A stretch of DNA of 64,000 nt from an uncultured Gemmatimonadaceae bacterium (GTDB lineage: Bacteria > Gemmatimonadota > Gemmatimonadetes > Gemmatimonadales > Gemmatimonadaceae), in assembly GCA_963716745.1 (NCBI GenBank), contig OY970320.1:800001-864000 (forward strand). Direction: 5' to 3'. Both the position numbers and the translations under genes were made by a program. The notes beneath the pieces are model-generated. The model had not been told where the DNA came from and did not search any database. It saw only the letters and a program-made list of their open reading frames with translations. Of the stretch, positions 63,957 through 64,000 are shown one piece after another (the first letter of the stretch is position 1; each line of letters begins with the position of its first letter).

Positions 63957-64000
63957 GGACCTTAACGGCCGGGAACCGGTTACCGGGAACCGGTGTGGCA

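Overview
GC-rich bacterial DNA, probably Gemmatimonadota (inferred from the DRYRLEREIG-type Ser/Thr kinase, PadR-ADOP pair, DUF885 and VPS10-like proteins). Many genes carry 1-2 nt frameshifts that look like long-read errors. The leftmost ~7 kb is a visibly lower-GC, all-minus-strand defence-like island. In transcription order it encodes a WGR-like protein, a small basic protein, a CBS-HEPN protein, an Mrr_N-like wHTH, a ParB/Srx-like protein, a tandem-PC4 ssDNA-binding protein, a MORC-type GHKL ATPase with Zn ribbon, and an Mrr-type nuclease fused to an SF2 helicase. The last gene runs off the left edge and is absent from the ORF track. Next come a TM0106 nuclease-helicase, three paralogues sharing a 4-Cys N-terminal domain (two fused to YbjN), a J-domain protein and a PafB/PafC-like WYL pair. 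Five nearby genes share a TGTC-N11/12-nAnnnT promoter that matches the geometry of actinobacterial PafBC DNA-damage promoters. The rest is ordinary accessory or housekeeping genes separated by more than 25 palindromic elements from at least six sequence-unrelated short-period repeat families, many sharing AACTRC/GYAGTT termini next to stop codons. There is also a ~280-bp palindrome of 37-bp units and a ~390-nt highly structured intergenic segment. No tRNA, rRNA, CRISPR array, integrase or transposase was recognised.
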